Notes under the pieces: model-generated
Told to the model about the DNA's origin: nothing
The model's database searches: none
The model's input: only the letters and a program-made list of their open reading frames with translations
Assembly (NCBI GenBank): GCA_964462295.1
Contig: CAYWXH010000002.1
Location: 1,303-65,302 of the forward strand
Length of the DNA stretch: 64,000 nucleotides
Direction: 5' to 3'
Source: an uncultured Atribacterota bacterium
GTDB taxonomy: Bacteria; Atribacterota; JALVIU01
In this document: positions 28,255-37,282 of the stretch, piece after piece
How positions within the stretch are numbered: position 1 is the first letter of the stretch
How the letters are laid out: each line of letters opens with the position of its first letter
Made by a program: the position numbers and the translations under genes

Positions 28255-29703
28255 TCATTCCCCCTTTAAGGATTTTAAAAAATTATTAATGTCTTCATAC
28301 AAAGACCCTATTTTTGCATCACTATCTGCCTCTATATAGAGCCTTAATGTATCTTCTGTTCCAGATGGTCTTATTAAAAGCCAAGAGCCATCCCTTAATG
28401 TAAAGCGTATTGCATTTTTTATCTCTTCTCTCTTCTCTATCTGACTAACTCTAAAATTAGGAGTTTTTTCTCCTTTTAGTGTTTTCATAGCTATTTCTTT
28501 TTCAATATCAGGAAGGTATATGTTGAATCTTTTATTAAAGATATAACCAAATTTATTCTTGATCTCTTCAAGAAGGGATAGAAAGTCTCCCTCAAGATAA
28601 GAATAAAGCTCTACAAATAACAGGTCTGCAAATATTCCATCTTTTTCTAAGATATGTCCCCTTATTGTAAATCCTCCACTTTCTTCTCCACCCATAAGGA
28701 TGGTATCATCTTTTCTCATAACTTCTGCAATATATTTAAATCCTACAGGTGTTTCTATTACATTAAAACCGAATGATGTTGCTATTTTATCTATTAAATG
28801 GGTGGTGGCCACACTTCTTACAACATTTCCTTTTAAATTTTTGTGTTTATATAGATGATACAATAATAAAACAAGGGCATCATTTGGTGGAATAAATCTT
28901 CCATTTCTATTTATCAGTCCAAATCTATCTGCATCCCCATCTGTTACAAGACCAAGATCCGCTTTTTCTTTTATTACCATAAATTGGATTTCTTGAAGAT
29001 TTTCAGGTATAGGCTCTGGCATAAGCCCCCCAAATAGGGGATTATGCTCTGTATGTAAAGCTATTATCTCTGCATCTATATCCTCAAGTGTGTTTTCTAT
29101 GTACCCTTTTCCTGGGCCATACATATTATCTATAATTATTTTTAACTTCTTTTTCTTCATAGTTTCAATATCTATTTTCCCTTTTAGACACTCTATATAT
29201 TCCCTTGAGGGTTCTATGTAATTTAGAAGTCCTTTTTCTCTTGCCTCATTAAAATCTAATTTCTCTATATCTTCCCTTATTTGAACTACATTTATAATTT
29301 TTTCAATTTCTCCAGTTATGTCATCTGTTGCAGGCCCTGCATAATCTGGTATAAATTTTATACCATTATATTTTGGAGAGTTATGACTTGCCGTTATAGA
29401 TATACCTCCAGGAAGTCCTAATTTTTTTACAGTAAATGCTACTGCAGGTGTTGGAGTCTCTCTTTGGGTAAAATATACAGGGATATTATTTTTTGCAAGC
29501 ACAAGGGCACCTTCTAGGGCAAAATCTTTAGATAAAAATCTTGTATCATAGCCCATTACTACACCTTTTTCTCTTACCGTCTCCCCATAATGCTTTAGTA
29601 GATATTCAGCAAGACCTTGGATAACAATTCGCACATTAAAAAAGGTGAAATTATCTGCTATTATATCTCTCCAACCGTCTGTACCAAACTTTATAGATTT
29701 CAT
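28255..29703 (-). CDS. Phosphoglucomutase/phosphomannomutase (alpha-D-phosphohexomutase)
   Basis: GTDGWRD N-terminus, an active-site serine loop TASHNSPKYNGIK, a metal-binding DGDADR loop and a GEESGG sugar-binding loop. Confidence 0.85.
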   Translation of the reverse strand: MKSIKFGTDGWRDIIADNFTFFNVRIVIQGLAEYLLKHYGETVREKGVVMGYDTRFLSKDFALEGALVLAKNNIPVYFTQRETPTPAVAFTVKKLGLPGGISITASHNSPKYNGIKFIPDYAGPATDDITGEIEKIINVVQIREDIEKLDFNEAREKGLLNYIEPSREYIECLKGKIDIETMKKKKLKIIIDNMYGPGKGYIENTLEDIDAEIIALHTEHNPLFGGLMPEPIPENLQEIQFMVIKEKADLGLVTDGDADRFGLINRNGRFIPPNDALVLLLYHLYKHKNLKGNVVRSVATTHLIDKIATSFGFNVIETPVGFKYIAEVMRKDDTILMGGEESGGFTIRGHILEKDGIFADLLFVELYSYLEGDFLSLLEEIKNKFGYIFNKRFNIYLPDIEKEIAMKTLKGEKTPNFRVSQIEKREEIKNAIRFTLRDGSWLLIRPSGTEDTLRLYIEADSDAKIGSLYEDINNFLKSLKGE

Positions 29704-29816
29704 TTTTTTCTCCCTCTGCCTATATTTAATCTTTATATACTCTTTACATTATTATATAGTTTGTTATACTAAAAAGCAAGTATTATATTGCAAAAAATTG
29801 TAAAGGGGAGATAAAT

Positions 29817-30710
29817 ATGTTAAAACAGGTAAAAGATGGGGTTTATTATTTTACAGGTCCTATAAATATGGGCATAATAGAGACAGATAGGGGAATTGTA
29901 ATTATTGATACAGGACTTGATAATAGTTATGGAAGGAAATTATTAAAGATCTCTGTAGAGTTAAAAAAAGAGATTATAGGCATTATAAATACCCATTCTC
30001 ATGCAGATCATTTTGGTGGTAATAATTTTTTAAAAAAGAGAACAGATGCATGGACAATGGCTTCAAAAATAGAGAAGGCACTTATAGAAAATCCTATTTT
30101 TGAACCTATGTACCTGTTTGGAGGAGTCCCCTTTCCTGAGATGAGAACAAAATTTTTAGAGGGAAAACCATCTTTAATCGATATGAGTGTAGAGGATGAA
30201 AAGGCAAAAAAGATCTTAGAAGATTTAAATATAGAAATTATTGAATTACCCGGACATTCTCCTGCTCAAATAGGCGTTATCTATCAAGATGTGATATTTA
30301 TAGGGGATACAGTAATGCCGAAAAGGGTTATAGAAAAGTATAAACTTGGATATTTATATGATGCAAAAAGGGAAAAAGAGACCCTTTTGAATCTTCAAAA
30401 GTTGAAATATAACTATTTTATTCCAGGACATGGGGAACTCTTTTTATCCGAAGAATTTAAAACTATAGTGGATATAAATCTAAAAAATATTTTAAGTGTT
30501 GAGGAGGTAATACTTAGGATTTTAAAGATACCCTATTCTACTGAAGAGGCATTCTCTCAACTGGTAAAGCTATTAGATCTTGACCCAGATCTTACTCAAA
30601 TACTCCTTCTTTTTTCTACTTTTAAAGGATTTTTAACAGGTTTAAAAAGTGAAGGATTAATAGAGTATTATCTTGAAAATGGAAAAATTATATGGAAAAA
30701 GAGGGCATAA
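29817..30710 (+). CDS. MBL-fold metallo-hydrolase
   Basis: THSHADHFGG motif. A downstream LPGHSPAQIG histidine. Confidence 0.8.
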   Translation: MLKQVKDGVYYFTGPINMGIIETDRGIVIIDTGLDNSYGRKLLKISVELKKEIIGIINTHSHADHFGGNNFLKKRTDAWTMASKIEKALIENPIFEPMYLFGGVPFPEMRTKFLEGKPSLIDMSVEDEKAKKILEDLNIEIIELPGHSPAQIGVIYQDVIFIGDTVMPKRVIEKYKLGYLYDAKREKETLLNLQKLKYNYFIPGHGELFLSEEFKTIVDINLKNILSVEEVILRILKIPYSTEEAFSQLVKLLDLDPDLTQILLLFSTFKGFLTGLKSEGLIEYYLENGKIIWKKRA

Positions 30711-30719
30711 AGCCCTCTT
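30699..30719. terminator. Hairpin spanning the stop codons of two convergent genes; candidate bidirectional terminator
   Basis: AAGAGGGC (30699-30706), loop ATAAA, GCCCTCTT (30712-30719). A-tract and T-tract flanks. Confidence 0.55.
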
Positions 30720-31900
30720 TAAAATTCTATAGTTAGGTCTTTCAGGGCACTCTCTATTCTAGTAAATGCCTCTTCTATCCTTTCACATGTAGCGGTTAAT
30801 GCAATACGGATATATCCCTCTCCTGAGGGTCCATATCCATTTCCTGGTGTTACTATTACATGGGCCTTTTCCAGTAAAAGTTCGCTAAATTCTATAGAAG
30901 AAAATCCTTTCGGTACCTTTGCCCATACATATATGGTAGCCTTTGGAGGTTCTATCTTCCATCCCAATTTTTTGAGCCACTTTATTATTAGATCTCTTCT
31001 TTTTTTATAAACTTCCCGCATTTTATGTACATGGTCTTTTGGACCTCTAAGTGCTGCTATTGCTGCATGTTGAATGGGTTCAAAGATACCAGAATCTATA
31101 TTGGATTTTATCTTTCCAATAGCTTGAACTACATCTTCTCTTCCAAGCACCCAACCTATTCTAAAACCTGTCATATTAAATGTTTTGGATACGGAATGAA
31201 ATTCTACTGCTATGTCTTTTGCCCCTTCTATTTGAAGTATACTCATAGGGGTGTAGTCTTCCTGGAGTGTAATTTCACTGTATGAGTTATCGTGACAAAT
31301 AAGGATATCATACTTTTTCCCAAGCTCTATTGTTTCTTCAAAAAATTCCTTTGGAGCTGTGGCAGATGTAGGATTGTTAGGGTAGTTAATAAATAGAAGT
31401 TTTGCTCTTTTGAGTATATCTTCAGGAATATCTGAATAATTTGGTAAGAAGTTGTTGTCTTCTTTTAATGGCATATAATAGGGAGTGCCTCCAGATAGTG
31501 CTATTCCTATGCCATATACAGGATAACCAGGGTCTGGGGCAAGGCCTACATCACCAGGATTGATATATGAAGCCGAGGCATAATAAAGTCCTTCTTTTGA
31601 ACCTATGAGAGAGACTATCTCACGCTCTGGGTCGAGTCTTATGCCAAATCTCCCTTCATACCACTCTGAGACTGCCTTTCGGAATTCAAGTAATCCTATA
31701 GAAGTAGGATAGTGAAGGTTTTTAGGTTCCCTTGCTGCTTTATCTAGTGCCTCAATTACATGGTTTGGTGGAGGTAAATCTGGGTCACCCATACCCAAAC
31801 TTATTATATCTGCTCCTTTTTCTCTTAATGCAGCTACTTTTTGATCAATCCTTACAAACAAGTAAGGAGGTAAATTTTTAATCCTTTCTGCCTGTTCCAA
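30719..31900 (-). CDS. Class I/II PLP-dependent aminotransferase, LL-diaminopimelate-aminotransferase-like
   Basis: N-terminus NLPPYLFVRIDQKVAALREKGADIISLGMGDPDLPPP and the PLP-lysine region SVSKTFNMTGFRIGW. Confidence 0.65.
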   Translation of the reverse strand: MEQAERIKNLPPYLFVRIDQKVAALREKGADIISLGMGDPDLPPPNHVIEALDKAAREPKNLHYPTSIGLLEFRKAVSEWYEGRFGIRLDPEREIVSLIGSKEGLYYASASYINPGDVGLAPDPGYPVYGIGIALSGGTPYYMPLKEDNNFLPNYSDIPEDILKRAKLLFINYPNNPTSATAPKEFFEETIELGKKYDILICHDNSYSEITLQEDYTPMSILQIEGAKDIAVEFHSVSKTFNMTGFRIGWVLGREDVVQAIGKIKSNIDSGIFEPIQHAAIAALRGPKDHVHKMREVYKKRRDLIIKWLKKLGWKIEPPKATIYVWAKVPKGFSSIEFSELLLEKAHVIVTPGNGYGPSGEGYIRIALTATCERIEEAFTRIESALKDLTIEF

Positions 31901-31917
31901 CTTCTCTCCTCCTTTAT

Positions 31918-32790
31918 TTATTTCTTTATGCCCAATTGTTCCATTATAACTTCTGTTTCACTCTTTATCCATTCGTAAAACTTATCTATCTCTCCAAGTG
32001 TTATACCTACAAAATTGAGATATGGTGGTGTAAGGGATGTTATGATTTTATCCCCACTTTGGCCAATACCTTTTTTCTTTACAAAATTATTACTTATTTT
32101 TACTATAGCTATAAGTTTTTTTTGATTTTCATTTAGAGTTTTATTTTGCAATATAGATTTGTGGTGTGTTGCCAAGATATCGATATACACATGAGGAAGG
32201 TTCCATTTTTCGGCAATATATGCACCTACTTCAGCATGGTTTATCCCTATTATTTCTTCTTCTGCCTTTACAAGTGCCACATGTTTTTTCTCCGCATATT
32301 CAAGGGCAGCCATGAAATCTTTGTGTAGATACTGTTCTAAAATGAGCTTCCCTATATCATGTATAAGGCCCCCTACAAATGCCTCTTCAGGATAGGGATA
32401 TTTTATATTTTTTGAAATTAGCCTTGCTGTGGATGCAGTAGCTACAGAGTGGCGCCAAAATTCTTCTCGAGAAAACTCTGAATCTGTTCCATTGAGAAAA
32501 AGATTTACAACACTTGTTCCTATAACCAGTTGTTTTAAATTATAAAAGCCTATTATAACTATTGCTTGAGATAAACTTGTAATTTTTTTCGAAAGGCTAT
32601 AAAAGGCAGAGTTAACCATTTTTAAAATATTGGTTACCATTGCCTGGTCTTCTGAAATTACCCTCATAACTTCTTCTACCTTACTGTTGGGATCTTCTAT
32701 GATTTTTATAAGTTTTGCCACAACAGTAGGAAGGGTAGAGAGCTTTTTTATATCTCCAAAGTATTTTTCAAGGTCTTTTTTCTCTTTCAT
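31918..32790 (-). CDS. HDOD-domain signalling protein
   Basis: HD-related motif GGLIHDIGKLIL and ATHH. Overall HDOD architecture. Confidence 0.65.
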   Translation of the reverse strand: MKEKKDLEKYFGDIKKLSTLPTVVAKLIKIIEDPNSKVEEVMRVISEDQAMVTNILKMVNSAFYSLSKKITSLSQAIVIIGFYNLKQLVIGTSVVNLFLNGTDSEFSREEFWRHSVATASTARLISKNIKYPYPEEAFVGGLIHDIGKLILEQYLHKDFMAALEYAEKKHVALVKAEEEIIGINHAEVGAYIAEKWNLPHVYIDILATHHKSILQNKTLNENQKKLIAIVKISNNFVKKKGIGQSGDKIITSLTPPYLNFVGITLGEIDKFYEWIKSETEVIMEQLGIKK

Positions 32791-32899
32791 CTCATCATCA
32801 TCCTAATATATTAGGTATTATTTTCTTAAAGCATAACAGAGTTTTTTTCTTATGTCAAGAAAGTATATGCAATAATTTAAATTATTTAATTTGCAGAGA

Positions 32900-32928
32900 T
32901 TGACAGTCTAATATTTTCCTTATATAAT
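32900..32928 (+). promoter_or_regulatory. Consensus sigma-70 promoter for the epimerase gene
   Basis: Perfect TTGACA (32900-32905), a 17-nt spacer, then TATAAT (32923-32928). About 38 nt upstream of the ATG at 32967. Confidence 0.7.
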
Positions 32929-32966
32929 TGAAACACAAAATTTATTATTATTGAAGGAGAGAACAG

Positions 32967-33941
32967 ATGAATAAAGAGGTTTTGATTACGGGAGGAGCAG
33001 GCTTTATAGGCTCACATGTAGTAGATGAATTCTTAAAAGATGGGTTTAATGTTATTGTAGTAGATGACCTTTCTTCGGGAAAGAGAGAAAATTTAGACCC
33101 TTCTGTGTCGCTGGAAGTAGGAGATATAACCAATAGAGAGTTTCTTTCTGAAATATTTAAGAAATACCATATAGATTATGTAATTCATCATGCTGCTCAA
33201 ATCGATGTGAGAAAATCTGTCTCTGATCCTATCTATGATGCCAATATAAATATTATGGGCTTGTTAAACCTATTAGAGTTTTCAAAAGAGTACAAAATTA
33301 AGAAATTTGTATTTGCATCATCAGGAGGGGTTGTTTATGGAGAACCCTCTAAGCTCCCAGTGGATGAGAAATACCCTAAGGGTCCACTCTCTCCTTATGG
33401 AGTCTCTAAGCTTTCCTCTGAATATTATCTTTATTATTATAATAAGACTTTTGGGTTACCTTATGTGGCACTAAGGTATGGAAATGTATATGGACCCAGA
33501 CAAGATCCCCATGGAGAGGCAGGGGTTATTGCTATATTTATAGGAAAAATTCTTGAAAATAAAGAGCTTACAGTTTTTGGAACAGGGGAACAGATAAGGG
33601 ATTATGTTTTTGTAAAGGATGTGGCAAAAATAAATAGATTGAGTATAGATTTTGATATAGAGGGTGAAAATATAGATGATTTTGCATTTAATGTAGGCAC
33701 AGGAATAGGTACTTCAGTAAATGAACTTATTAGCTACTTGAAAGCTCTTACAGGGTACACATTGCCTCCTGTATATGGTCCCCCGAGAAAGGGAGAACTT
33801 CAAAAGATTATCTTGGACCCAAAAAAGGTAGAGAAGGTATTTGGAATTTCTTCATGGGTAGGAATGAAAGAGGGATTAAAAATTACATATGACTGGTTTG
33901 CAAAGAAAGATGAAAAAGACAAAAATTTTAATAATAGATGA
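32967..33941 (+). CDS. NAD-dependent sugar-nucleotide epimerase/dehydratase (UDP-glucose 4-epimerase family)
   Basis: Rossmann motif VLITGGAGFIGSH and the catalytic YGVSKLSSEYY (YxxxK). Confidence 0.85.
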   Translation: MNKEVLITGGAGFIGSHVVDEFLKDGFNVIVVDDLSSGKRENLDPSVSLEVGDITNREFLSEIFKKYHIDYVIHHAAQIDVRKSVSDPIYDANINIMGLLNLLEFSKEYKIKKFVFASSGGVVYGEPSKLPVDEKYPKGPLSPYGVSKLSSEYYLYYYNKTFGLPYVALRYGNVYGPRQDPHGEAGVIAIFIGKILENKELTVFGTGEQIRDYVFVKDVAKINRLSIDFDIEGENIDDFAFNVGTGIGTSVNELISYLKALTGYTLPPVYGPPRKGELQKIILDPKKVEKVFGISSWVGMKEGLKITYDWFAKKDEKDKNFNNR

Positions 33942-34851
33942 TTCTAAATTAGATAATACTATCCTTACCGATATAGTAAAAGAGATGGGTTTTGAGACCA
34001 TCTCCGTCTATTCTCCAAAAAAGGCCCTTAAAATATTAAAAAGAGAGAATATAGATCTGATCCTTTTAGATATTGTAATGAAAGAAATGAATGGATATGA
34101 ATTTCTAGAAGCTATACATCCATACAAAAAGACTACATATCTCCCTGTTATTTTTGTTACAAGTCTTGATTCTATGGAATACCTTGTAGAAGGCCTTGAA
34201 AAAGGTGCAATAGATTATATAAAGAAACCATTTTCTCCAGCTGAGGTAAAGGCAAGAATAAAGGTGGCACTTAGGATAAAGGCCTTAAACGAAGATCTAA
34301 TAAAGATGAATAATAAGTTAAAAGAGATGGTAATTAGAGATAGTCTTACAGGTCTTTACAATCATGGATATATTATTTCTAAATTAAAAGAAGAGTTTAG
34401 TTATGCAAAAGAACGCAGTACTACTTCCTCTTTTTTAATGATAGATATAGACAAATTTAAAGCTATAAATGATACCTATGGACACCTTGTAGGAGATGAG
34501 GTATTGAAAGGTCTATCTAAATTTCTCTTAAAAAAGATAGGAAAAAGGGGGTATGTAGGTAGGTATGGGGGAGAAGAATTTGCTATTATTCTTCCTGGTC
34601 TTGGGATAGGAGAATCTGTGGAATTTACAAAAGAAGTAATAGAAGACCTACATATAACATCTTTTTACTCAAATAATAAGAGAGATGTAAAGTTGTATGT
34701 ATCTATCAGTATAGGACTTACTGAATTCCCCATTGATTATAAATGCTATGTAGATGTAACGAAAATGGCAGATACTGCCTTGTATAAGGCCAAGGAATGG
34801 GGGAGAGATATGTGTGTTATCTATGAAGGAGGGGAATTTAAGAAAATATGA
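33910..34851 (+). CDS. Response regulator with a receiver domain and a GGDEF diguanylate cyclase domain
   Basis: Receiver (KILIIDDS...DLILLDIVM) followed by a GGDEF domain (RYGGEEFAII). ATG at 33910 is in frame with the ORF-track start at 33889. Confidence 0.88.
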   Translation: MKKTKILIIDDSKLDNTILTDIVKEMGFETISVYSPKKALKILKRENIDLILLDIVMKEMNGYEFLEAIHPYKKTTYLPVIFVTSLDSMEYLVEGLEKGAIDYIKKPFSPAEVKARIKVALRIKALNEDLIKMNNKLKEMVIRDSLTGLYNHGYIISKLKEEFSYAKERSTTSSFLMIDIDKFKAINDTYGHLVGDEVLKGLSKFLLKKIGKRGYVGRYGGEEFAIILPGLGIGESVEFTKEVIEDLHITSFYSNNKRDVKLYVSISIGLTEFPIDYKCYVDVTKMADTALYKAKEWGRDMCVIYEGGEFKKI

Positions 34852-35630
34852 GCACTATTACTGTCCTTACCGACTTTGGATACCAGGATCCATATGTAGG
34901 TATAATGAAGGGTGTTATTATTAATATCTTTCCAGGTGTAAAGATTTTAGATATTTCTCATGATATTCCTTCTTTTTCTATAAAACATACGGCTTTTTCA
35001 TTATTTTCGTATTATAAATATTTCCCCAAAGGGACAATACATCTTGTTGTAGTAGATCCAGGAGTCGGTTCTTTGAGAAAGGCTATAGTGGTAGAGGCTG
35101 GGGATAGATATTTCGTTCTCCCTGATAATGGGATCATAACATATGTTTGGAATCATGAAGAGAAAAAGAAGGCCTATATTTTGGAAAACGAGAAGTACTT
35201 TTTGAAACCTATAAGTAATACATTCCATGGAAGGGATATTTTTTCTCCTGTGGCTGCATATATTGCCAAGGGCGTAAATATAGAAGAGTTTGGGTCTTCT
35301 TTGGATACCCCACTTCTTTTACCACCTTTAACTTTAAAAAAGGAAAAATCCTATATATTAGGAGAAATAATATATATAGATAAATTTGGAAATGCCGTAA
35401 CTAACATAGAAAAAAGCTTAATATCTAGAAATATTTCATGTATTAGAGTAAAAGACCTTTGCATAAAAAGGATTTTAAGATACTATGGAGAAGCAGAAAA
35501 GGGAGAGAAATTTGGTCTTTTTGGTAGTACGAATTTTCTTGAACTTTCAGAAAACCAAGGAAAGCTCTCAGATTCAATGAATCTTGAAATAGGTGATAAA
35601 GTACAGATTATTTTTGGGGATGAGTATTAG
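34848..35630 (+). CDS. SAM hydroxide adenosyltransferase family protein (DUF62; chlorinase/fluorinase-like fold)
   Basis: ITVLTDFGYQDPYVGIMKGVIINIFPGVKILDISHDIP matches the N-terminal signature of this family. The start overlaps the GGDEF gene stop (ATGA). Confidence 0.8.
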   Translation: MSTITVLTDFGYQDPYVGIMKGVIINIFPGVKILDISHDIPSFSIKHTAFSLFSYYKYFPKGTIHLVVVDPGVGSLRKAIVVEAGDRYFVLPDNGIITYVWNHEEKKKAYILENEKYFLKPISNTFHGRDIFSPVAAYIAKGVNIEEFGSSLDTPLLLPPLTLKKEKSYILGEIIYIDKFGNAVTNIEKSLISRNISCIRVKDLCIKRILRYYGEAEKGEKFGLFGSTNFLELSENQGKLSDSMNLEIGDKVQIIFGDEY

Positions 35631-35955
35631 AGATTGTTTTCCTAAAAGAGAAATAATCAAACAGAAAATCGTAAATAGAGACTACTATTGCTCCCCCAAT
35701 AATCCATGCAAATAGCCAATTTAGGGCTTTTTTTGCAATTATGTCACCCTTCAGGTAAAAGCCAATATAAAATATATAAATCACTGCTAATACAACATAT
35801 AGAATACCATTAAATAATAGAAGTTCTTTAAATTTTTCTGTTATGAATGTTGTTATATCTTTTTCTTTTTGTCCTTTAATTTTCTTATCTTTTTTTCTCT
35901 TTTTCATAAAATTACCCCTTGATAAAATTTCCTTCTTATTATACACTAATAGCAT
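35608..35955 (-). CDS. Small basic membrane protein (two predicted TM helices)
   Basis: K-rich N-terminus, then hydrophobic helices (LLFNGILYVVLAVIYIFYIGF and WLFAWIIGGAIVVSIYDFLF). No homology I recognise. Confidence 0.4.
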   Translation of the reverse strand: MLLVYNKKEILSRGNFMKKRKKDKKIKGQKEKDITTFITEKFKELLLFNGILYVVLAVIYIFYIGFYLKGDIIAKKALNWLFAWIIGGAIVVSIYDFLFDYFSFRKTISNTHPQK

Positions 35956-35987
35956 AAAGGAGTCAATATGTATAAGGGGGTTTTAAA

Positions 35988-37280
35988 GTGAGTGTAAAAG
36001 AAAAATATGAAAAATATGTTATTACTAAGTTTGTATCCAGGATAGAACCTGTTGAAGTAGAAGAGGCAGAGGGTTCTATAGTAAAGGACAAAAGCGGGAA
36101 AGAATATCTTGATTGTTTTTCCGGTATTTCTGTTACAAACGCTGGCCATCGGCACCCTGAGGTGATTGAAGCAGCAAAAGAGCAAATGGACAAATATGTT
36201 CATGTTTGTACCTATGTATATTATGTAGAACCTGTTGCCGATCTTGCCGAGAAATTGGCAGAGGTTACCCCTGGGAGGCTTAAGAAGAGTTTCTTTGGAA
36301 ACAGTGGAGCAGAGGCAAATGAAGGTGCCATGAGGATAGCAAAAAAATATACAAAAAAGAATGAATTTATTGCACTTAGGGCATCTTTTCACGGAAGAAC
36401 CATTGGAACACTAAGTATAACAGGGAACTATGCGAGGAAAAGGGGCGGAGGTCCGTTTCTTTCTGGGATAGCATTTGCACCTACTCCATACTGCTATCGT
36501 TGCCCATTTGGAAAAACATATCCTAATTGTAATCTGGAATGTGCAAAGGCCGTGGAAGATGTATTCAGATTTGATACAAGTGATAATGTCGCGGCATTTA
36601 TCGCAGAGCCAGTAATGGGAGAAGGTGGTATCATTCCACCTCCAAAGGAGTATTTTAAGGAAGTTAAATCTATATTAGAAAAACATGGATCTCTCTTTAT
36701 AGCAGATGAGGTACAGAGTGGTTTTGGACGTACAGGAAAACTTTTTGCAATTGAACACTATGATGTAGAGCCTGATATTATGACGATGGCAAAGGGAATA
36801 GCAGATGGTTTTCCCATCTCCGCATTTATTACAAGAGATGAGATAGCAGATGCCTTTGAGGTAGGAGATCATCTATCTACTTTTGGTGGCAATCCTGTAT
36901 CTGCAAAGGCTGCACTTGCCAATTTAGATGTTATGCTCCGAGATAAACTTCCTGAAAGAGCCGAAGAAATCGGTAGATATTTAATGGATAAACTTAATGC
37001 GTTAAAGGAAAAGTATCCATTGATAGGGGATGTCAGAGGAAAAGGTCTTATGGTAGGAATAGAGCTTGTATTGGATAAGGAAAAAACCCCTGCAGATGTA
37101 GTAGCAGGAAAACTTAGGCATAGGGCATTAGAAGAGGGTCTTCTTATAGGAAAAGGTGGTATATATGGAAATGTGATTAGATTTCAGCCGCCTTTGGTTA
37201 TCACAAAGTCCCAGATTGATGATGCAGTAGGTATTTTAGATAAAGTCCTTGAAGAATTTAAGGGAGAATATAAAGGGTAG
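35988..37280 (+). CDS. Class III PLP-dependent aminotransferase (acetylornithine/GABA aminotransferase family)
   Basis: GNSGAEANEGAMRIA and the PLP-lysine motif DEVQSGFGRTGKLFA. GTG start with an AAGGGGG RBS. Confidence 0.85.
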   Translation: MSVKEKYEKYVITKFVSRIEPVEVEEAEGSIVKDKSGKEYLDCFSGISVTNAGHRHPEVIEAAKEQMDKYVHVCTYVYYVEPVADLAEKLAEVTPGRLKKSFFGNSGAEANEGAMRIAKKYTKKNEFIALRASFHGRTIGTLSITGNYARKRGGGPFLSGIAFAPTPYCYRCPFGKTYPNCNLECAKAVEDVFRFDTSDNVAAFIAEPVMGEGGIIPPPKEYFKEVKSILEKHGSLFIADEVQSGFGRTGKLFAIEHYDVEPDIMTMAKGIADGFPISAFITRDEIADAFEVGDHLSTFGGNPVSAKAALANLDVMLRDKLPERAEEIGRYLMDKLNALKEKYPLIGDVRGKGLMVGIELVLDKEKTPADVVAGKLRHRALEEGLLIGKGGIYGNVIRFQPPLVITKSQIDDAVGILDKVLEEFKGEYKG

Positions 37281-37282
37281 TA

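Noticed and set aside
35946-36392. A minus-strand 148-aa ORF overlapping the class III aminotransferase
   Set aside because: It is antisense to a strongly supported PLP enzyme gene. It has no RBS and has an artefactual composition.
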